This document shows positions 17,213 through 27,377 of a stretch of DNA of 64,000 bases, one piece after another. This stretch comes from a virus, in IMG/VR virus record IMGVR_UViG_3300028197_001695, positions 54,006-118,005 of that record. One strand, given 5' to 3'. The translations under genes were made by a program, and so were the position numbers. The stretch's first letter is position 1; each line of letters begins with the position of its first letter. The notes under the pieces were generated by a model that saw nothing but the letters and a program-made list of their open reading frames with translations, made no database searches and was not told the origin of the DNA.

Positions 17213-17631
17213 TACTGATCCTTTACAAATTGTCCATCTACCATCTTGCCAGTACGACTCTTAATTACATCATAAGCTACCCTTAAACATTCTGTTGTAT
17301 CAAAGCCAACCATTTTAGCCAGCAAAACAATAGTGACCAGCATATCCCCAATCCCGTCCTTGACTTCTGAGAGAATATCCTCTTCGTTTGAGGTTGGCAT
17401 CCCAAGGTCTTCCATGAGATCTCGCTGATAACTAAAATCATTTAACTTTTCTAAAGCTTCTCTTGTTTCATCAAGCTCTTCTTGCGTTTTATCTAGTTGG
17501 CGTAGTGGGGTAGAGGATTCTAAAATCCCTTTGTTTCCTCCCCACTCAATCACTAATTTACTTAGTTCTTCGTATTTCATAGATTCTTCTCTCTCCAGCA
17601 TTTTGTTGAATGCGTTTTCAAAAGGTCTCAT
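17212..17631 (-). CDS. MazG-like nucleotide pyrophosphohydrolase
   Basis: QLDKTQEELDE..KDGIGDMLVT..CLRVAYDVIKSRTGKMVDGQFVK. Confidence 0.8.
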   Translation of the reverse strand: MRPFENAFNKMLEREESMKYEELSKLVIEWGGNKGILESSTPLRQLDKTQEELDETREALEKLNDFSYQRDLMEDLGMPTSNEEDILSEVKDGIGDMLVTIVLLAKMVGFDTTECLRVAYDVIKSRTGKMVDGQFVKDQ

Positions 17632-17924
17632 AGATTTACCATTTTAGGAGCAATCTCCTCAATTTCCTCACACAATCTTAAAATTTCAGAGGTCTGCATA
17701 TTGAGTGCCTTTGTTTTTAATTTAAACATTTCATTGTAGAAACGTTGATAATCCTCTAATTGATAGATATACTCTTGACCAGCAATCTTAAGGATAAAGT
17801 CTCCATATGTTTCATATAACATTGGGTCAATGCATTTTTCAATTGGATCATAGGAAGCATTCCCTACAACGTAATCAAAAATGTCGTGACGATCCACATT
17901 AATATTCATTATTTCTTGACTCAT
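17628..17924 (-). CDS. Hypothetical protein
   Basis: ORF. Confidence 0.55.
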   Translation of the reverse strand: MSQEIMNINVDRHDIFDYVVGNASYDPIEKCIDPMLYETYGDFILKIAGQEYIYQLEDYQRFYNEMFKLKTKALNMQTSEILRLCEEIEEIAPKMVNL

Positions 17925-17933
17925 AATCGTAAT

Positions 17934-17968
17934 AGCGAGTCCACCGATAGATAAGAGGTGAACCCGCT
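17934..17968 (-). other. RNA hairpin after the endolysin gene
   Basis: AGCGGGUUCACC-11 nt-GGUGGACUCGCU pairs fully (with G-U) only on the minus strand; no U tract. Confidence 0.45.
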
Positions 17969-17987
17969 TTTTTCTATAAACTGGATT

Positions 17988-18620
17988 TTAAAGCTCTTTA
18001 ATCCGATTGATAACCATTTGATAAGTCTCGTCTGAAGGATCGTTCTTTCTATTAGGCGCAATCATTTTATGCGTTAAAATATTTTCAATCCCAAAATCAA
18101 ATTTGTCCATAAGGTATTTGCATTTCTTAGCAGCGGAATCGATTTCAGCCGCACTGGGTGTTCGTTTGTTAGTGTCTCCATAGAAAGAGATCCCGACACT
18201 ATGAGCATTTAAACCGCTCACCCCTTTCCAAGAAGATCTCCCTGCATGCCAAGCTCTTTTTTTATCATAGACGAACTGTGTGCGAGATCCATCAGCCGCA
18301 ATAAGATAGTGATAACTAACCTTTGATTCAGCCTTCAAAATCCATGAACGAGTCCCATCATGACTTCCGCTGCTATGATGCAAAATCACATACTCCGGTT
18401 TAATCGTCCCAGACTGGTTTGGAGAAGCTTTGTAAACTTCAGGATAATCATCTTTAAGTTCTTCTACTGGTGGCTCTGGCTTTTCTGGTTCACCTTTTTC
18501 ATCGTGAACCAACTGCTCCCAAATCATTTTCCATGTAGCAGGTCCATCAATTCCGTCAGCGGTCAAGCCAAGCTTGCCTTGAACTTCTTTGACAATTTGA
18601 GTTTTAGCAGAAAAGCGCAT
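17988..18620 (-). CDS. Endolysin: peptidoglycan-binding domain + N-acetylmuramoyl-L-alanine amidase (Amidase_2)
   Basis: LGLTADGIDGPAT; ILHHS, SYHYLI, AWHAG, SVGISF, HKMIAPNRKNDP. Confidence 0.88.
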   Translation of the reverse strand: MRFSAKTQIVKEVQGKLGLTADGIDGPATWKMIWEQLVHDEKGEPEKPEPPVEELKDDYPEVYKASPNQSGTIKPEYVILHHSSGSHDGTRSWILKAESKVSYHYLIAADGSRTQFVYDKKRAWHAGRSSWKGVSGLNAHSVGISFYGDTNKRTPSAAEIDSAAKKCKYLMDKFDFGIENILTHKMIAPNRKNDPSDETYQMVINRIKEL

Positions 18621-18622
18621 CT

Positions 18623-18823
18623 TTATTCGCCTTCAGGTAGAACTTCGGCTTCAGCCTCTGGTTGGGGCAACTGAGATTTTGCTTGCTCTTGGATTTTGGT
18701 AGCAAGGAAAGAACCTGCTTCAGCGATCTGAAGTCCTTGAGCTTTTACAGCGACATCAATAATCTGGAGAAGAGCATTTGCCTCGTTTTCTTGTAAGGTG
18801 ATTTTAATTTCATTCATATGCAC
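18623..18823 (-). CDS. Hypothetical phage protein
   Basis: LLQIIDVAVKAQGL motif recalled from phage small proteins. Confidence 0.6.
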   Translation of the reverse strand: MHMNEIKITLQENEANALLQIIDVAVKAQGLQIAEAGSFLATKIQEQAKSQLPQPEAEAEVLPEGE

Positions 18824-18858
18824 CTGATTATCGACACAGCGAAGAATAATTCAACAAA

Positions 18859-19845
18859 TTAACATCTAAATTTCAAAAAAACATGCTTAACCGCCATCCA
18901 CATGTCCAGATATTTATACTTAGCTAATCTACCCAGAAACACAGTATCCTTTTCTTCTCTAGCTAATCCATCATATCTTAAATACATCTCTTGGCCTTCT
19001 CCCCAAGGGATAGGATAGAATGGAATATCTCCTTCCTCCATACTTTTCGGGTATTCTCGGGTAATTATAGTCTCTCCTGAGTGATTGGAACTAAAATAAG
19101 AATGATCATACTGTCTAGTCCATTTATTTTTCTTACTGCATTCGTTGTAAACAAGTGTGTCTTGCTTATCCATTGTTGAGTAATGCTCTAGCTTTAAAGA
19201 CCTGTAAGGCAATTGCCCAAAACAATAATTAAAATACTGATCTATCCTACCTGTATAAATAACTTTATCGTAATCCTCCCCCCTCCATTCTTCCTGCCCC
19301 GCATTTAAAACAACTTCTATCCCATCTAACATTTTTTCGAACATTTTTGTGTATCCTTCTTTTGGTACACACTGATATTTTTGGCCTTCAAACCAAGTTG
19401 GACTTTCTGAGTTCTTGGTCTTTGGGATTCTGTTCGTGATTGTTTTAGGAATCTTCCTGAAATCTACTCCCCATTGTTTCTCACTGTAGTCTTTAAAAAT
19501 GTATTTTTTAATCTCTTCTTGAGAGAGTGTCCTGCCTATAGCTGCCTCACAACCTTTGTCGTGGTATGGTAGAGGAATATCCCCGATCTGGGTTTTGCCA
19601 ATTGGCTTATACTTCAGATCAATCCACTCTGTGTACCGTGATAGAAACTCAAAAACTTCTTCATCATCCGTATGGAAAATATGTGGGCCATACTTGTGGA
19701 AGTGAAGACCTTCAATGTCAACATCATAACAGTTACCCCCAATGTGATTACGGGATTCAAAAATTTTAACTTCATGGCCTTTATCTTTAAGTAAACGAGC
19801 AGAAGTTATCCCACTCAAACCACAACCAACAATAGCAAACTTCAT
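18859..19845 (-). CDS. glf: UDP-galactopyranose mutase
   Basis: IVGCGLSG, HIGGNCYD, HKYGPHIFHT, KQWG, PFYPIP, FLGRLAKYKYLDM. Confidence 0.93.
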   Translation of the reverse strand: MKFAIVGCGLSGITSARLLKDKGHEVKIFESRNHIGGNCYDVDIEGLHFHKYGPHIFHTDDEEVFEFLSRYTEWIDLKYKPIGKTQIGDIPLPYHDKGCEAAIGRTLSQEEIKKYIFKDYSEKQWGVDFRKIPKTITNRIPKTKNSESPTWFEGQKYQCVPKEGYTKMFEKMLDGIEVVLNAGQEEWRGEDYDKVIYTGRIDQYFNYCFGQLPYRSLKLEHYSTMDKQDTLVYNECSKKNKWTRQYDHSYFSSNHSGETIITREYPKSMEEGDIPFYPIPWGEGQEMYLRYDGLAREEKDTVFLGRLAKYKYLDMWMAVKHVFLKFRC

Positions 19846-20627
19846 ATGTTAAAATGTAATCTCATGCTCTTGCTAATTTCTTGAGAGTACTTCAAATTAG
19901 CTTTACCTGAGACTTGTTCATTATGAGAGCAGTTATATATGGCTGCTCTAAAATCAATATTCCCACCTTCATATCCTTTGTAATTAAAATATCTCCAAGA
20001 AAACGCATGAGATCCTATGACTTTTATTAAATAATATTTTTGTGTAGATCTAATTATACTACTCTGGGATGAACTTAGATTGATGTTTCTAAAATCGATT
20101 TCTTTTTTGAGCATACTTGCTTTAGTTATATTACATGTCCCGCATTTTCTATTAAAATCATTAATATACTTCAACGTATCATCAATACCCATCCTGATAC
20201 CCTTATCGATTCTCAAAAAATCTTTATTCGAATTATGAATAGTTCTAACTAGATCTCTATGTACGAAGTCATCCGCATCAACAAACATAACATAATTATC
20301 ATTGTTAACCTCACTTAAAGCTAAAATATACTTAGTGCCTTTATCTAATCTAGCTTGGTATATCCCATTTTCGACACTTACTTGAGTGCCTATCTGCCAA
20401 TTATTTGAAGGCGTAGGAGGCAACCAATTTACTTCTATAAACTTTACATTTTTAATCTTTTTGTTTTCTGTAAAGGTGTTTAATGTTTTATTCGAAACTA
20501 CTATTACTTCAAACCTATCATCAAGCTGACCACAAACCGAACCCAAAGTCTTTTCTAATAAATCCCAAGTATCATTATATGAATGACAGTTCTCGTAATG
20601 TTTAACAGCTATAATAAAAGTAACCAT
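19842..20627 (-). CDS. GT-A fold glycosyltransferase
   Basis: TLGSVCGQLD, DKGTK, YVMFVDADD. Confidence 0.7.
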   Translation of the reverse strand: MVTFIIAVKHYENCHSYNDTWDLLEKTLGSVCGQLDDRFEVIVVSNKTLNTFTENKKIKNVKFIEVNWLPPTPSNNWQIGTQVSVENGIYQARLDKGTKYILALSEVNNDNYVMFVDADDFVHRDLVRTIHNSNKDFLRIDKGIRMGIDDTLKYINDFNRKCGTCNITKASMLKKEIDFRNINLSSSQSSIIRSTQKYYLIKVIGSHAFSWRYFNYKGYEGGNIDFRAAIYNCSHNEQVSGKANLKYSQEISKSMRLHFNI

Positions 20628-21181
20628 TATTCCCCAAATTTATAACCAAAATATTCGATGTCTTTTGCATATTTTTCTGCAACAATTTGTTTTGTTTCTT
20701 CATCGTAGTATTCGGTGTAATGCTTATGTTTTGTTTTGTTTACGTGAGGAAGTTTTTGTTGCGGAACTCTAATTTTGTCGCAAATAGTATTAAAGTCTTC
20801 CTGAAGATTTTCAAACCTACCAATAAAATCGACTAAGCATTCGTCACCTTCAAATAACCAATTATGCTGTAATTTATGTTTCGCAGGAAATGGATTTAAT
20901 AAAAAATCCAAGAAGCTCAAGCCTTTAGCACTTTCTATATATCCATGTTGAGTATTATCTTTAACTCTAAAGAAATACTGAGACAGTAATTTATCCCAAG
21001 GATTACGTATAATAGAGAATTTGAAATAAGTATTAAATGCCTTAGGCTCATACTTTTTGTACCACCAAGCCCGGTGATGCTTCTGCGGAGGATTCTCAGC
21101 GTTCACTAGAAGCTTAGTAATACTAGTACCACCAGTTTTGTTTATGTGTATAAAGATAAACTTATTTTTGCGACACATCAT
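20627..21181 (-). CDS. Sulfotransferase family 2 protein
   Basis: FIFIHINKTGGTSI, IRNPWDKLLSQY, DFIGRFENLQEDF. Confidence 0.88.
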   Translation of the reverse strand: MMCRKNKFIFIHINKTGGTSITKLLVNAENPPQKHHRAWWYKKYEPKAFNTYFKFSIIRNPWDKLLSQYFFRVKDNTQHGYIESAKGLSFLDFLLNPFPAKHKLQHNWLFEGDECLVDFIGRFENLQEDFNTICDKIRVPQQKLPHVNKTKHKHYTEYYDEETKQIVAEKYAKDIEYFGYKFGE

Positions 21182-21184
21182 AAT

Positions 21185-21778
21185 TTATTCTCCAAATCTA
21201 TATTTAAATGTATCTATATCTTCTTCAAAGCTTCTCGCAATAATCTTAATTGATTGATCATCATAGTACTCAGTGTAATGAGCGTGTTTGGTTTTGTTCA
21301 CATGAGGAAGTTTTACTTTAGAATAATCAATTTGATCACATATTAAATCGAAATCATTTTGAAAATTTTCAAACCTGCCCACAAAATCTGTTTTAATTGA
21401 TCCATTTACAGTGATAAATTCCAATTGAGGATAAAAGAACACCCACTGCTGCCAAACCTCTTTTGCCAATAAAAAATCCTTGAATTCTGGATATTCTTTT
21501 TTAATCACTAATGTCTTGAGTCTATCATAAAAAGGTATCCCCCCTCTTTTAAGATATTCATAAGCACTTACAAACTTATCCCAAGGATTCCTAACAAACG
21601 CAAATTTAAATAAATCCTCTACCGCTAATTTAGGGCAATAGTCATTAGATTTAAAACCTAATTTAGATATTCCATAGTGGTCATGTGTTGTGATATTGAA
21701 AACCTTTTTAATAGATCTCCCTCCACATTTTGGGATATGAACAAAGACGAATTTATTTTTATGATCTACAAAAGGCAT
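21185..21778 (-). CDS. Sulfotransferase family 2 protein
   Basis: FVFVHIPKCGGRSI, VRNPWDKFVSAY, DFVGRFEN. Confidence 0.88.
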   Translation of the reverse strand: MPFVDHKNKFVFVHIPKCGGRSIKKVFNITTHDHYGISKLGFKSNDYCPKLAVEDLFKFAFVRNPWDKFVSAYEYLKRGGIPFYDRLKTLVIKKEYPEFKDFLLAKEVWQQWVFFYPQLEFITVNGSIKTDFVGRFENFQNDFDLICDQIDYSKVKLPHVNKTKHAHYTEYYDDQSIKIIARSFEEDIDTFKYRFGE

Positions 21779-22508
21779 TTTCTAAAGATTGATAAGGGCA
21801 TTCTTGTTCATTAAAGTCATTCCAGATATATCGCATATCTTTGATATGCACAGTGATAAGATCTTCCTTCACATTAATTGACTTTTGATTTTTTTTCATT
21901 GTGTCATGATTAAAAGAATACATTGTTTCGGGGTTAACAATATATATTTTATCATTTTCTTTATTAGCCGCTTTCAGTTTTTTATTTAAACGATAACACA
22001 TGTGCGACAATGCTATGTCAGAATGGCTTTGAAAACTTCTATCTTCTTTCCATCCATTTTCTATTACAAATTTCTGGATCAATTTAAAAGTTTTATTGTT
22101 CATTAAAATACCAGCCCCTCCGAATATACCGACACTATCTTTATAAAGCTGAGAGCAATATATTCTTAAATTATCTTCGGGTAATTTACTTATAAATGAA
22201 TTTAAATTCTCAGTGTGTATAAAAGTATCATCGTCACAAATTATGTGCCAATCAGCATCACACCAATCTTGCTTAAATACTGATTCTATTTTTTCGATAC
22301 AAGAATGGTAGTCATCAAGATCACAAACCTTTATTACTGGAAGTTCGTCAATTAGTTCAAAGCCTCCAAGAAGATAGAAATTATCTCCACAGTCTTTAAT
22401 CCTTTTTATGACTGTATTATACAATGGTTTAGTCCTCTTCTCGTGAAGAGGTTTGCATACCATAAAATAATAATTAATCACCTTCGACTTCTTCTGCATT
22501 TTCTTCAA
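21759..22508 (-). CDS. Fringe/GT31-like glycosyltransferase
   Basis: WHIICDDDTFIHTENL, GGAGILM, SDIAL. Confidence 0.7.
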   Translation of the reverse strand: MKKMQKKSKVINYYFMVCKPLHEKRTKPLYNTVIKRIKDCGDNFYLLGGFELIDELPVIKVCDLDDYHSCIEKIESVFKQDWCDADWHIICDDDTFIHTENLNSFISKLPEDNLRIYCSQLYKDSVGIFGGAGILMNNKTFKLIQKFVIENGWKEDRSFQSHSDIALSHMCYRLNKKLKAANKENDKIYIVNPETMYSFNHDTMKKNQKSINVKEDLITVHIKDMRYIWNDFNEQECPYQSLENAFCRS

Positions 22509-22818
22509 CAGGGGCCATTTCTAATATTCCTTCTTTATAGTATGATTCAATAGCTGGTATCGCATCAAATACAGATTGCATCGCAGCAGCTGCTTCTGGA
22601 ACGTTAGCTATAATTTCCCAAAAGTCTAAGTCCAGTCGTTCTGAATTTTCAAGATTTGGGTCTTCATCAGAATCTGAATCAAATGCAGTAAGATTCAAGC
22701 TCATATAACCATCTGAGGCATTAGGAGCATTAACGATGAGTTCTGATAACCATGTATGCGGAAGAGATTTCTCTCCTTGCGCTGGTATCACTAATGGGGT
22801 TTCTTTTTTAATTGGCAT
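22474..22818 (-). CDS. Small acidic protein downstream of the tail fibre (fibre accessory-like)
   Basis: Position and composition only. Confidence 0.45.
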   Translation of the reverse strand: MPIKKETPLVIPAQGEKSLPHTWLSELIVNAPNASDGYMSLNLTAFDSDSDEDPNLENSERLDLDFWEIIANVPEAAAAMQSVFDAIPAIESYYKEGILEMAPVEENAEEVEGD

Positions 22819-22849
22819 ATCTTTATTTTTGTTTTATTGAAATTATTTA

Positions 22850-25800
22850 TTAACCTGCTCTCCAAGAATAACCGTCAGAGTATACTGGGACTACATAACT
22901 ACCATTTGTACTTACAACAGATCCGTGAGAAGTCGCTAAAGGATAGAAGCTGTAAGCAAACGCTCTTTGACCTGCTGGAGAAGCAGATGGGAGCTGGCTT
23001 GCGTTGTATACTGTCTGGTGAATAGTCCCGCTCACATCAAGAGCAGTACTTGGGCTAGTGACACCGATTCCTAATTTAGTGTTAGTGAAGTAGCTCTTGT
23101 CCTTTCCCACAACTAATACTTTATTTCCGCCAGCCGCAGTAGTGCTGCCGTAATTGAACATGGCAACAAGTTGATTAGTACTTGAGTTTGCAGACTGAAC
23201 ATAAAGCACCGCATTGGCATTGCTGTTTCGAGTGAGTAAATTATAATCAGTATTGCTGGTGTCAGTTCTAAAGAAGTTAGCAGTAGCACTCCCTGTGACA
23301 TCAATACCAGAAGTATTAACCCTAAATCTTTCTGATCCGTTTACTACCGATCTAAAGTAAGAGTTGTTTGACCATTGGACATAATCATTACTATCGTAAC
23401 CAATGTAGCTAATACTATCTCTGAGGTCAGTCTCTAATTGGAATTGAGTCCCGCTAAGATCTAGACCTCTACCTGCTGAGTATGTTGTATTGGTATCAGT
23501 ATTTGTATCCGTCCAAGGGACATTGACATACATCTTTTCAGATGTAACTTCGACAGGGTAGTTCTTACCACTTTCACTATACCCAATCTTGAAACCACCT
23601 CTAGTAGAAGAAGATCCAGCAGGTAGCGAATAGTTGTTCGCACCACTGGCAACATTAATAAATGATCTCACCGCTGCGGCAGTTCCGTGGCGAATATAAC
23701 CATCGTTACCCGTTTCAACACAAATTTGAGTAACACCACTGGAAACAGTGTTCGGTGTAGTGTTAAAGTAGTTAGCAAAAATATAACCAGAACTGTGTCG
23801 TTTAACGATGGTGTTATTACTAGCACTAGAAGAAATAGTATCTGTTATACTAAATGTAGTCCCTGATAATGATAATCCAGTTCCAGCCGAATAGGTTGTA
23901 TTGGTATCGGTGTTAGTATCTACCCAAGGTACGTTAACAAACATCTTCTCAGAAGAATCAAGTTCAACAGGATAATTCTTACCGCTTTCGGCAAACCCAA
24001 TCTTAACTCCACCCCGTGTCGAACTAGAAGAAAGTGGTAGTGAATAAGCAGAAGGAATCGTAGGTTTATTAGTTAGATTATTATAACTAATATTGATGTT
24101 TGATGAACCATCAAAACTCGTTCCAGCAATCGTTCTCCCGGTTGCTAATTGTGTTGCTGTAGATGCGTTTCCTGTTAAAGCTCCCGTCACATTCCCATGA
24201 AATCTCCCATCATTAGCAATATAAGATACATCACTTGAATTTCTTCTAAACTGTACAATTCTATTTGATGATGAATCAGAAACTATATACCATCTGTTTG
24301 AGTGGTATTGTATTTTACCAGCACCTCCCGGATTACCTGTCCAGTTTGAAGAGGCTGAAGATAAAATCGAAGAGTTGGTTATGTTAATTGCTCCCTGACC
24401 AAAAGTAAAGTTGATAGCACCTGAAACAGTATCATTCGCATTGCTCCTTAAGAATGATGATGAATCAATGCCATCAAGTAGATTAGAATCTGCTGCTTTA
24501 CCTGATGTTGTTAAGTAACCAGCACCGTTGGTGAGTTGGTTGTTATTGGTTATGTAGTTAGCATTTGTAGCTCCAGTGTAACCAAGATTAGCGAGTGTGA
24601 GTGTGCGCGTAGAGTGTGATTGGATCACACCATCTGTCATATTCAACTGATCTACAACCGTAGCACCAGACGTATTGATGTCAGAATCGGTTCCGATGAT
24701 CGTGTTACCGCTTGAAGTAACATAACCAGCACCGTTGGAAAGCTGGTTGTTGTTGGTAGGAATCGTGGGCTTATTAGTTAGGTTATTGTAACTAATATTA
24801 ATGTTAGCCGATCCATTGAAACTCGTTCCAGCAATCGTCCTTGCAGTCGTAAGTGTGTCCGCATTTGGATGGTAGTTGTCATTGAACATCCGATACTGGG
24901 TCTGAAGTCCATCACCGTATATTTTTCCAGTAGTGGCAATCCCCCCATTCTCAATATTATCAAGATCTATCTTGCCCTGCTCACTAGCTCCAGACCAGTT
25001 ACTTATCAGACTCGGAGCAGAAGAGTCTGCTAACCAGTCTACTAATTCCCACCCGCTGTTTTGTGCGTTACCCCCTACAATAGCGACATTGACTCCATTC
25101 GTGCTACTATCAATATAAACTTGGATAGCTGCCCCATCATAAGTGCCGTTTTCTTTAATCCTTACATACCTAAATACATGTGTGCCATAACTTGAATTAC
25201 CAAGAACTGTTATGCTGTTTGAATCATTCTGTCCGTAGTGATGTGCTGCATTAAAAATTACCGATTGATGTCTACTACTTGCGGTATCCCAAATTTGAAA
25301 TTCTCCAAAAGCCCTATCCCCAGTGTTTTGAGCAATGGTATACCAACCAACAGGCAAGTTCCCTGCTGATTGAGCGTTGATATAACCTCTCTTAAAGAAG
25401 GTCTGCACTTCACTCTCCGTATAGTAACGACTATCTAAATTAGTGCTGCCGAGCGAAGTGATATGCCCATAAGTATCAAGAGTAACATCTTGAATTACCG
25501 TACCACTACTATTGTTTACCGATCCTTGGGATGAAGTATCATTGTGAGTAAATGTAGTTCCTGATAAAAATAAACCAGCTCCAGCAGAGTAAGTTGTGTT
25601 CGTAGTAACATAACCAGCACCGTTGGTAAGCTGGTTGTTATTGGTAATGTAGTTAGCATTTGTAGCTCCGGTGTAACCAAGATTCGCAAGAGTTAAGTTA
25701 CGAGTAGAGTGTGATGTTATCACACCGTCTGTCATCACTAACTGGTCTAAAACCGCTGCACCAGATGTGTTAATATCAGAATCGGTTCCGATAATGGTAT

Positions 25801-27373
25801 TACCACTTGAGGTTACATAACCAGCAGAAGCGTGGTTACCCCAACCAAAAGCGGTCTCCGCAGAAGTCCCTTGGTTTGCCGTAGCGAAAGCTGAAGCGTG
25901 ATTACCATCAAGTAGATCAGCATCTAAACCTGTGCCAGTGCCATCAACAGTTTTAATTGCTGTTAGTATTTCAGCGGCTGTCTGGTCGTTGGTGTAACCG
26001 TTAGGGTTGCTCGCAGCGTAGGCTCCAATGTCACTAAGAACTTGAGAACCAGTTCTATATTTAATCACCCCAGAGTCTGATACTAAAAACTTGTCTAGGT
26101 CGCTTGTTGCGTTAGAAATTGTATTCAATGTAAGTCCTGTAGACTGTAAAGTAGCAGCTAAATTCGCATTTACTGAACCTGCGTAAAACTTGATTGAGTT
26201 TCTCCCATAGATACTCATTCTGTCGTTATCACCAAAACTATCCCAATTACCTTCAGTTATACCAAGTGGAGCAGAAGTAGTAGTATCTCCAAAGTGTAAT
26301 TCACCTCCTTGACACATTCTAATTCTTTTTATAGCACCTGTGCTATATGTTCCTATTTCTGTTGTATTAGAACTGTTTCCAGCAATATTGCCATTGACTT
26401 TGAATGTTCCTGCTATCTCTAAGTTACCAGTTGTAGCATTCAAAGACATTTTTGATGTGGCAGTTGCTCCACCACCGCCAGAGCCACCAGTTTCCCAGTT
26501 CCAACCATAAGTTGCTACACCTTCCATCCTTGAACGCAATGCCCAACTTGTGACTCCAGCTAATCCCGTTGGGGCTGTTAAGTTCCCATTTGGTCCGCAA
26601 CCTGTGACCCCTGCCGCAGCCATGTAATCTTGCCAGTTGTAGTATGATTCATTATACCAAGTGATTCCAGTTCTTGCCGTTGATGCCCTCAATAAAGACA
26701 ATCCAAAGGCTTTAATCGAAGCCGTGCCATCTCTTTTTACAATACTATTATCTACAGCACCTTCTTCTGCGTTGTAGCCATCAAGTAGATTAGAATCTGC
26801 TGCTTTTTCTGATGAACCCAACTTACCATTTAATGCAGACTGCAAACCATCAACATTAGAGATAACGTGATTATGTGAATCGTCAGCAACCGTAACTGAA
26901 ATTGATGTTGTTCCTGATCCACTTACATCACCGCTTAATGTGATAGTTTGGTTCCCAGTTAAAAATGAAGTGCTATTAAATGCATTTGAACCAAGCTCTC
27001 TTGTACCAACAACATTGCTTCCATTAACAACCAGCGCAGTAGCTTCTGAACTTTGATTGGATAAACCAGTTAATGTTAAATTAGGAGCAGAGAATCTCTG
27101 GTTAGATGTCCAAGAATCTGTCGAGTTGATCCAGTTAATCGTCTTATCACTGGCTCCTTTCAAGGTAATACCACCACCATCTGCCGTGCTATCACTAGGA
27201 GATGATACATCACCAATGATTATATTCTTATCCTCAACTAATAGGTTAGCTGTATCAATAGTCGTAGTAGTACCATTGATATTCAGGTTGCCTCCTATAG
27301 TAACATCTCCATTACTTTCGTAAGTATTAGAGGTGTGTGTTAGTTGTCTTTTTGATGAAGTTACTGTTGCCAT
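22850..27373 (-). CDS. Long tail fibre / virion fibre protein (1507 aa)
   Basis: G/S/T/N-rich; DADLLDG, DSNLLDG, TARTIAG and TTYSAG fibre motifs; internal duplications. Confidence 0.8.
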   Translation of the reverse strand: MATVTSSKRQLTHTSNTYESNGDVTIGGNLNINGTTTTIDTANLLVEDKNIIIGDVSSPSDSTADGGGITLKGASDKTINWINSTDSWTSNQRFSAPNLTLTGLSNQSSEATALVVNGSNVVGTRELGSNAFNSTSFLTGNQTITLSGDVSGSGTTSISVTVADDSHNHVISNVDGLQSALNGKLGSSEKAADSNLLDGYNAEEGAVDNSIVKRDGTASIKAFGLSLLRASTARTGITWYNESYYNWQDYMAAAGVTGCGPNGNLTAPTGLAGVTSWALRSRMEGVATYGWNWETGGSGGGGATATSKMSLNATTGNLEIAGTFKVNGNIAGNSSNTTEIGTYSTGAIKRIRMCQGGELHFGDTTTSAPLGITEGNWDSFGDNDRMSIYGRNSIKFYAGSVNANLAATLQSTGLTLNTISNATSDLDKFLVSDSGVIKYRTGSQVLSDIGAYAASNPNGYTNDQTAAEILTAIKTVDGTGTGLDADLLDGNHASAFATANQGTSAETAFGWGNHASAGYVTSSGNTIIGTDSDINTSGAAVLDQLVMTDGVITSHSTRNLTLANLGYTGATNANYITNNNQLTNGAGYVTTNTTYSAGAGLFLSGTTFTHNDTSSQGSVNNSSGTVIQDVTLDTYGHITSLGSTNLDSRYYTESEVQTFFKRGYINAQSAGNLPVGWYTIAQNTGDRAFGEFQIWDTASSRHQSVIFNAAHHYGQNDSNSITVLGNSSYGTHVFRYVRIKENGTYDGAAIQVYIDSSTNGVNVAIVGGNAQNSGWELVDWLADSSAPSLISNWSGASEQGKIDLDNIENGGIATTGKIYGDGLQTQYRMFNDNYHPNADTLTTARTIAGTSFNGSANINISYNNLTNKPTIPTNNNQLSNGAGYVTSSGNTIIGTDSDINTSGATVVDQLNMTDGVIQSHSTRTLTLANLGYTGATNANYITNNNQLTNGAGYLTTSGKAADSNLLDGIDSSSFLRSNANDTVSGAINFTFGQGAINITNSSILSSASSNWTGNPGGAGKIQYHSNRWYIVSDSSSNRIVQFRRNSSDVSYIANDGRFHGNVTGALTGNASTATQLATGRTIAGTSFDGSSNINISYNNLTNKPTIPSAYSLPLSSSSTRGGVKIGFAESGKNYPVELDSSEKMFVNVPWVDTNTDTNTTYSAGTGLSLSGTTFSITDTISSSASNNTIVKRHSSGYIFANYFNTTPNTVSSGVTQICVETGNDGYIRHGTAAAVRSFINVASGANNYSLPAGSSSTRGGFKIGYSESGKNYPVEVTSEKMYVNVPWTDTNTDTNTTYSAGRGLDLSGTQFQLETDLRDSISYIGYDSNDYVQWSNNSYFRSVVNGSERFRVNTSGIDVTGSATANFFRTDTSNTDYNLLTRNSNANAVLYVQSANSSTNQLVAMFNYGSTTAAGGNKVLVVGKDKSYFTNTKLGIGVTSPSTALDVSGTIHQTVYNASQLPSASPAGQRAFAYSFYPLATSHGSVVSTNGSYVVPVYSDGYSWRAG
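24516..25826. repeat. Diverged ~216-bp direct repeat pair in the fibre gene (24516-24731 and 25611-25826)
   Basis: Both encode YVTSSGNTIIGTDSDINTSG...NNNQLTNGAGY; differences mostly synonymous. Confidence 0.85.
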
Positions 27374-27377
27374 GATA

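Noticed and set aside
22850-27373. Diversity-generating retroelement (TR/VR pair) in the fibre repeats
   Set aside because: The repeat copies are in-frame within one CDS, the differences I checked are mixed and mostly synonymous rather than adenine-specific, and no reverse transcriptase is in the window
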